NCBI GenBank assembly: GCA_963752595.1
Contig: CAVVYZ010000001.1
Location: forward strand, 388,961-452,960
From: an uncultured delta proteobacterium
Lineage (GTDB): Bacteria > Desulfobacterota > Desulfomonilia > UBA1062
Length of the DNA stretch: 64,000 bases
Direction of reading: 5' to 3'
The translations under genes were made by a program, and so were the position numbers. The notes under the pieces were generated by a model. That model saw only the letters and a list, made by a program, of their open reading frames with translations. It searched no databases and had not been told where the DNA came from. Positions 58,003 through 64,000 of the stretch are shown piece after piece (position 1 is the stretch's first letter; each line of letters starts with the position of its first letter).

Positions 58003-59493
58003 TCACGCGATCGTCGTTACACCGCGTGCGCGGTGGCTGCTTGCGTGACGCACGTCAGGCAGGCCCCGCATGTCGCCGCGCAATTCGCTTCTTGCAACTT
58101 TTCCCGCTGACGTGCGCGGGATTTCGTTTATGCGTTCCAGACGCGATACATAAAACGACAGCGTTTCTCCCTGCGCCCTCGCAGCAATCCATGCGTTTAA
58201 CGCGTCACATGTAACGTCGACCTTGCCGGCTACAAAGGCCCAGGCCTCCTGTGTCCCGTCGCGTCCCGGCATCCTCACCACGGCGACTTCGCCAATGAGC
58301 GGATGGTGACGCAACATGCCCTCGATGACTTCAGGGTCGAACTTCGCCCCACCCATGTTGATGACTTCATCGGCGCGGCCGGTGACGACGCGCAGTCCTG
58401 TTCGTCGATGCGTCCAAGGTCGCCCGGGTAAATCCAGTGGTCGCCTTCAGGGTCGCGGATTTCGTCCAGCACGCCTTCATAGGGCCATGCCGCGCCGACG
58501 GAGCGAACCACGGATGCGGCCTTCTGCGCCGACTGGCGCGATCTCGCCGGTTTCGGTGGCTATCTGCACCTGCGCCACCATGTTGAAGCAATTGCCACGA
58601 CGGTGACGGCTGGCGATCAACTCGCCTCTGGCGAGGCCGATCTGACCTGTCTCCACTGACGAGTAGGGGTTGATGACGCTGCAGCGAAGGCGTCGCGAAT
58701 TTCCCCAGCAAGGCTGGCGTTAGATAGGCTCCGCCCGCCGATACGCTCTTGAGCACGGCGGGACGTCCTGCGGCGTTCTGTGCGGCGAGCCAGGCGCTTT
58801 ATCTGGCTTACGCAATGGGGATGATTGACGCTGAACAAAGTCAGGTTCGTAAGGATATCGCCCGCGGGCGCGAAGCAGATGGTGCGCCCCATCATGAGGC
58901 TCTGCAGCGCCTGCATGTATCCAGGCCCACTCATCGCATAGGCGGACATGACGCGTTCATGCGAGCCGATCCCAGCCGCCGTGAGCGTAAAGACGCGATG
59001 GCAAAGCGCGCGGAGGCTATATGCGACGGCTTTGGGGCGTCCTGTGGAGCCTGAGCTGAAAGCAATTTTCACGATGCGGCTGTCCGCCAGTTCACACGCC
59101 GGCCTGAAGTGCGCATCGGTTCGCATAGCGGAACCATTTCTCGTCCATGAAGATGCTGCGGCGTCGCGTGTCCACCTGCTCGCCGGGCCCGTCGACGATT
59201 ATGGTTTCTATGCCTGCATTGACTGCGGCCTCCAGCAGATCGGGCCGCAGTGATGCGCTGGTGAAGCCGCTCTTCAACAGGGCGAGGGCAAGAATCATAT
59301 GCCGGCTTGGATTGTCTATCAGCAGGCCGATTGGGCGAGAAGGATCAAGCTTCAGATCATCGAGAACGCATTGCGCCGACGCGATTGCGCTCTTCACCAT
59401 TCCATAGGTGGCGACGCGGTCAGGAAGTATGATCGCGGGTTTGGATGGGCTGGCGGCTGCATGATGTTCGATATAGGAAATCATGATCGACAT
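58003..59493 (-). CDS. AMP-binding (ANL) acyl-CoA synthetase-like protein (frameshifted)
   Basis: FSSGSTGRPK, YSS.ETG, YPGDLG, GRADEVIN.GG.K, IPRT.AGK. Confidence 0.8.
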
Positions 59494-59567
59494 GAAAAAG
59501 CGTCCTGCGATGCCGTGCTTTACCGCGTATTTTGGGGAATCCGCGCTTATGTCAATATCATGAGTTC

Positions 59568-60580
59568 ATGCCTGTGTTTTTGACACGCCTCGTTACTTTG
59601 CTCATGGTCGGCTTCAGCTCTGTGGTTTGCGCGCAGGAAGCTGGCGTATCATTTTATTCACATCGCCAGATGCGTCTGGTCGTCGGCTTTCCGCCGGGCG
59701 GGATTTTTGACATCACCGCTCGAAACGTCGCACGGCATTTTGGCCGTCATTTGCCCGGGGAGCCGCGCATGATCGTGCAGCACATGCCTGGCGCGGGTTC
59801 GATGACAGCTGCGGAATGGACCGTTTTGCAGGCGCCCAGAGACGGTACGGTGATCGCTTCCATCTCTTCGAGCGCCGTGATGCAGAGCGTGCTTGGCGGC
59901 AAGGGGGCCGCAAGCGCCCTGTCATGGCTTGGCAGCGTCGAGTTGACGACACGCGTCTGCGTTGCTTACGCGGACGCCGGGATTGGCTCCATCGACAGCG
60001 CGGTGGCCCGCGGACTTGTCGTGGGCGCTACTGGCGCAGGATCGCCGATCTCTGACTATGCCGCGCTGGCGCGCAACATACTTGGAGGCTCATTGCGCGT
60101 CGTGCCCGGATATGCGGGCACAGCTGCGCTGGCGCTGGCCATGGAGCGCCGGGAGATCGACGCGGTCTGCGGCACCTCGCTCGAGGCCATCAAGAGCGAA
60201 AGGCCCGACTGGCTAACGACGGGCAGGCTCATCGTCCTTGCCGCGTTCTCGGGCCGGCGCGTTCCCGACCTGCCGCCGGGGCCCTCGTTTCTGGATCGCG
60301 TGCCGCAGGAAGACCGCGCCGCCGTCGACCTTATCGTCGCGCAGGAGGAAATCGCCCGCCCTTACGCTGCGCCTCCGGGGACCGAGCCGGATCGGCTGAG
60401 AGCGTTGAGGAGGGCCTTCGAAGCCACCATGCTCTCCCCCGAGTTCATCGACGACATGGCGCGAAGCGGCGCCTCGATGTCCCCGTTTTCGCCGACGAGA
60501 TGACCGGGATCGTCGATCGGCTCAATGCAGCATCCCCACAGACGCGCGAGCGCGCCCGTCAACTTACGTCTTCAAGGTGA
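59568..60580 (+). CDS. Bug/TctC tripartite tricarboxylate transporter substrate-binding protein (C-terminal frameshift)
   Basis: VVGFPPGG.FD..AR, MPGAG, GY.GTA...LAMER.E.D, APPG. Confidence 0.85.
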
Positions 60581-60667
60581 GGATAAGGGGCTGTTGATGG
60601 CGCCCGGCAGGCGCAGAGGCCAAGCGAGTGGCAGGCCAGGAAAGCGCGGGCCGCCGAAACTTGAAGA

Positions 60668-60743
60668 TGGTGCCCAGGGGCGGAATTGAACCACCGACAC
60701 TGCGATTTTCAGTCGCATGCTCTACCAACTGAGCTACCTGGGC
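60668..60743 (-). tRNA. tRNA-Phe (GAA)
   Basis: Minus strand GCCCAGGTAGCTCAGTTGGTAGAGCATGCGACTGAAAATCGCAGTGTCGGTGGTTCAATTCCGCCCCTGGGCACCA. Confidence 0.97.
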
Positions 60744-60850
60744 GACCGGCGACGCCTGAGGCGTCCCACGGTGTGCGGCTTATAGAAAGGGCGGCGGGGC
60801 TTGTCCAGCCCGAACTTGCCTCCCCGGCCCTCAGGAAGGCCCCGGGCGGG

Positions 60851-60937
60851 TCAACGCAGCACCACCGCCAGCAGGAACGCCACGGATGCGGCCAGCGCGG
60901 TCAGGGCCCACAATTCAGCGCCTCGAACGTGGTTCAT
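60851..60937 (-). CDS. 28-aa single-TM small protein (MNHVRGAELWALTALAASVAFLLAVVLR)
   Basis: GGGAG upstream; GC-rich third positions; one hydrophobic helix. Confidence 0.4.
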   Translation of the reverse strand: MNHVRGAELWALTALAASVAFLLAVVLR

Positions 60938-61090
60938 GAGTGCGGAACTCCCCATAGCCCCTGACAAGCGTGAGGGGCCTCCGCCGGTTCCTTTTTCGTG
61001 GGGCGCAGGCGGGCGCCGCACAGCGACCTTTCCGCTTCGCCGGGCCCCGGTCTAGAATGGCGCGTCAACGAACCAAGATGAGGGCTGGAA

Positions 61091-61684
61091 ATGCTGCCTG
61101 AGGACATTCATCCCGTTTCGCGCTGCCGTCTGCCGCCGCCAAGGCGCGAGGATTTCGACGACGCCGGCAAGGCGGTGTTCGACACCTATGTGGATCCCAA
61201 GGGCGGCTCGATCCGCGGCCTGCAGGGGCCGGGCGGCATCCAGCTTCATTCCCCGCGGCTGGCGGAGATCAACCGGCCCGGCAATTCGTACCTGCGCTTC
61301 GAGTGCGGGCTCAGCCCGCGCGAGCGGGAGGTCGCCATCCTGATCACCGCGCGCGAATGCGACAGCCGCTTCGAATGGGCCGCGCACGAGCCCGAATTGC
61401 GCAAGTGCGGCGTGCCGGAAGAGACGATCCAGGCGATCAAGCACGGCGCCCGCTCGACGGCGTGCCGGAAGAGGACGCCATCATCGTGCAGCTTGGCCGC
61501 GAAACGTTCGGCAACCGCAAGGTGTCGCCTGAAACCTACAAGCGCGCGTTCGATCGTTACGGCGCCGAAGCAGCTTGTCGATCTCGTGGCGCTGATGGGC
61601 AAGTACGCGGCCACCGCCGCGATGCTGTGCGTGTTCGACATGCAGCTCGACGAGGGCGAGACGGCGCTGCTGCCGATCGGCTGA
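61091..61684 (+). CDS. Carboxymuconolactone decarboxylase (CMD/AhpD-like) family protein (compensated frameshifts)
   Basis: L.GP....LHSP, L.PREREVAIL.TAR...FEW.AH. Confidence 0.8.
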   Translation: MLPEDIHPVSRCRLPPPRREDFDDAGKAVFDTYVDPKGGSIRGLQGPGGIQLHSPRLAEINRPGNSYLRFECGLSPREREVAILITARECDSRFEWAAHEPELRKCGVPEETIQAIKHGARSTACRKRTPSSCSLAAKRSATARCRLKPTSARSIVTAPKQLVDLVALMGKYAATAAMLCVFDMQLDEGETALLPIG

Positions 61685-61762
61685 CGGGGCCTCATGAAAA
61701 TCTGCGTCGCGGTTTCCGCGGCGCAGACGCAAGCGACACAGGAAAGCCCCGTTCGCCGCCCA

Positions 61763-62387
61763 TGCATGCGCTCATTGAGAACATTTCATCTCATGGGAGC
61801 GGGGCATGCGTATCGCGGGGCGCGCGCTTGGGTTTGTGGCTGCAATTTTCCTCAGCTCTGTCGGGCGCTGCGGCGCAGGAGCCGCGCGAGCGGGCCGATC
61901 CGGAATTCAAGCCGCGATTGAAGCAGGTCGCGCCGGGGCGCTGCCAGCAGCAGACGTGCGACTGGTTCAGCATCGAGAGCGCCGATTATCTCGGCGCAAG
62001 CGAGAAGGGCTGGCTGTTCAGGCTCGAGACGCGCTGGTGGCGCTCGCAGGCCGACGGCGGCGATCGCCGCGCGCCGCGCCGGGACGCGGGCGAGCGGACG
62101 CTTCACGTGTTCTGCTCCAAGAGCGAGCCGGCGCTGATCGACGCGCCGAAGGAGGCGGACGGCAAGTTCATGGCGGTCATGCTGGCTCCCGGCGACGAGC
62201 GGGCGCTGACGGGCGCGCTCGAAACGCAGATCGCGTTGTACTGGCTCGCCTGCCACAACGCGGTGATCGAGGATGTCTACCGCGGCGGGACCAGCCTCGC
62301 GCGCCGGCTTGGCTATTCCATCCGGGCGCCGCAGGACGGGTTTCCCCCCGGCTGCTGTCCGAGCCCACGGACGCGCTGCGCTGGTGA
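61763..62387 (+). CDS. Hypothetical exported protein (start uncertain, frameshifts)
   Basis: GRCQQ.TC.WFSIE, VFCSK.EPAL, LYWLACHN with GC-rich third positions. Confidence 0.45.
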
Positions 62388-62418
62388 CGGCGCCGCGCTG
62401 GCGGGCTAAACATTCACG

Positions 62419-62640
62419 ATGATGAAATTCCTCCTCGCGCTCGTGGCCGCCGGCATGGGCTTCGTGATCCTGCGGATGCTGCTCGTGAAGGCGGGGCTCG
62501 CGAAGCCGTCGCAAAAGGACGCGGCCAAGGGCGCGAAGATGAGCCAGCTGCGCAAGGAGCTGGACCTGCTTCTGTGGGCGCCGCCAGTGCTGCTCGTGCT
62601 GGGCGCCATCTACGCGCTCGTCACGATGTGGACGCGCTAG
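62419..62640 (+). CDS. Small 2-TM hypothetical protein
   Basis: Two hydrophobic helices, GC-rich third positions. Confidence 0.55.
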   Translation: MMKFLLALVAAGMGFVILRMLLVKAGLAKPSQKDAAKGAKMSQLRKELDLLLWAPPVLLVLGAIYALVTMWTR

Positions 62641-62716
62641 GGGACGCTACCATCGGCTGACGCGGAACCCCCGCTCGCGCTTGCGGTTGTCTTTCGACCG
62701 TATCGGGAGCGCCGCC

Positions 62717-64000
62717 ATGAGCAACACCAGCGTCGAAGCATCGAAATCGCTCTGGATGGCGGATTTTCAGATCCCTCGCACGCGGGCCGCTGGCGGGCAG
62801 CGCCGAAGCCGACGTGGTGGTCGTCGGCTCCGGCATCGCGGGATTGTCATGCGCCTACGAACTTTCGCGCGACGGGTTGTCGGTCATCGTCGTCGACCGC
62901 GGCGCCATCGGCGGGGGGATGACCGCGCGCACGACGGCGCACCTCGTCGTCGCAGTTCGATGATTACTATCACGCGCTCATCAAGGTGCGCGGCGTGGCG
63001 GAAGCGCGCGCCTATTACGAAAGCCAGTCGATGGCGATCACGCGCATGGAGACGATCGCGCGCGAGGAAGCGATCGACTGCGACTTCATGCGGCTCGACG
63101 GCTACCTGATCCTTGCGCCCGGATGCGATCCGCGCATGCTGGAACGCGAGCGCGACGCCTGCAGGCGCGTCGGCTTCGAAGAGGTCGAATGGGCCGATCC
63201 GCCGGCGATGACGATGCCCGGGCCCGCGTTGCGATTTCCGGGCCAGGCGCGGATGCATCCGCTGAAATACCTCGCGGGACTGGCGCGCGCGATCGAGGCG
63301 CGCGGCGGGCGCATCTTCGCGGACACGCCCATCGTCGATGTCGAGGAAAAGAACGGCCGCGTGCGCGTGGCGACGCAGGATGGGCGCGAGGTGCGCGCGG
63401 CTTTCGCCATCGTCGCCACGAATTCGCCGATCAACGACCGCTTCGCGATCCACAGCAAGCAGGCGCCGTATCGCACTTACGCCATCGCCGCGAGCATTCC
63501 CGAGGCGGGCGTGCCCGACGCGCTCTATTGGGACACGCTCGATCCCTATCATTATGTGCGCATTCAGCCGGGCGCCGGCGGGCGCGCGTGGCTCATCGTC
63601 GGCGGCGAGGATCACAAGAGCGGCGAGGCGAGACGATTTCACGCGCGCGCTTCGCCCGCCTCGAAGCGTGGACGCGGCAGTATTTCCCGGTCGACGGGCG
63701 AGGTCGCCATCGCTGGTCGGGGCAGGTGATGGAGCCTGTGGACGGGGCGCCGTTCATCGGCCGCAACCACGGCAACCAGCGCATCTTCGTCGCCACGGGC
63801 GACTTGGGCGAGGGCATGACCAGCGGCGCCGTGGCGGGGATGCTGCTCTCCTCGCTCGTGCAGCACGGCGAACACGAATGGGCGCGCCTCTATCGCCCGC
63901 AGCGCGCCTCGCTGCGCGCGGTGCGCCAATATTTCAGCGAGAACGCGACGGTCGTGAAGAATAGCAATACGTAACGGCGTCAAGCGCGTACAGGACATAA
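62717..64000 (+). CDS. FAD-dependent oxidoreductase (YhfW/PuuB-like), frameshifted, runs to window end
   Basis: DVVVVGSGIAGLS.AY, GMTARTTAHL, QA..HPLKYL, VGGEDH, WSGQVMEP.DG.PFIG, ATGD.G.GMT.G. Confidence 0.85.

Noticed and set aside
42441-64000. Long alternative-frame and antisense ORFs in GC-rich parts as overlapping genes
   Set aside because: They are Arg/Pro/Ala-rich shadow frames expected from high third-position GC plus indels; the real coding path is traceable through family motifs.

Overview
Bases 1 to ~55,920 look like the chromosome of an anaerobic deltaproteobacterium (Desulfobacterota-like, judged from gene content and 16S appearance; not database-checked). This part contains the end of an Hdr/Flx-type electron-transfer operon, ychF, zapB-zapA-(6S RNA)-ygfA-rny-tyrS, a complete rrn operon (16S-tRNAIle-tRNAAla-23S-5S), a ttuA-like/trmI pair, a decayed IS, a cold-shock gene, prfC, srkA, a thiolase, an orphan dnaA paralog, lipid-modification genes, DAHP synthase, a GNAT-deacetylase fusion and a decaying arylsulfatase/anSME island. 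At ~55,921 a BON gene is cut mid-frame and the sequence switches to GC-rich, alphaproteobacterial-looking DNA (serralysin, Bug/TctC, tRNA-Phe, FAD oxidoreductase), most likely an assembly or read chimera. Many genes carry single-base frameshifts consistent with long-read error. The best candidates for new biology are: (1) two sibling ~70-nt non-coding RNAs with an anti-Shine-Dalgarno 5' tract, each behind a shared bipartite motif ATRAATC-N16-CATC that also occurs twice, exactly 100 bp apart, upstream of the rRNA operon, suggesting an alternative/ECF-sigma regulon; (2) a catalytically degenerate TtuA coupled to TrmI; (3) a pentameric ligand-gated ion channel homolog inside the sulfatase island; (4) a bacterial ceramide-synthase-like GNAT next to an IPC-synthase-like PAP2 and a B12 radical SAM enzyme; (5) a non-canonical DnaA preceded by a DnaA-box cluster. 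All calls were made by eye, without searches.
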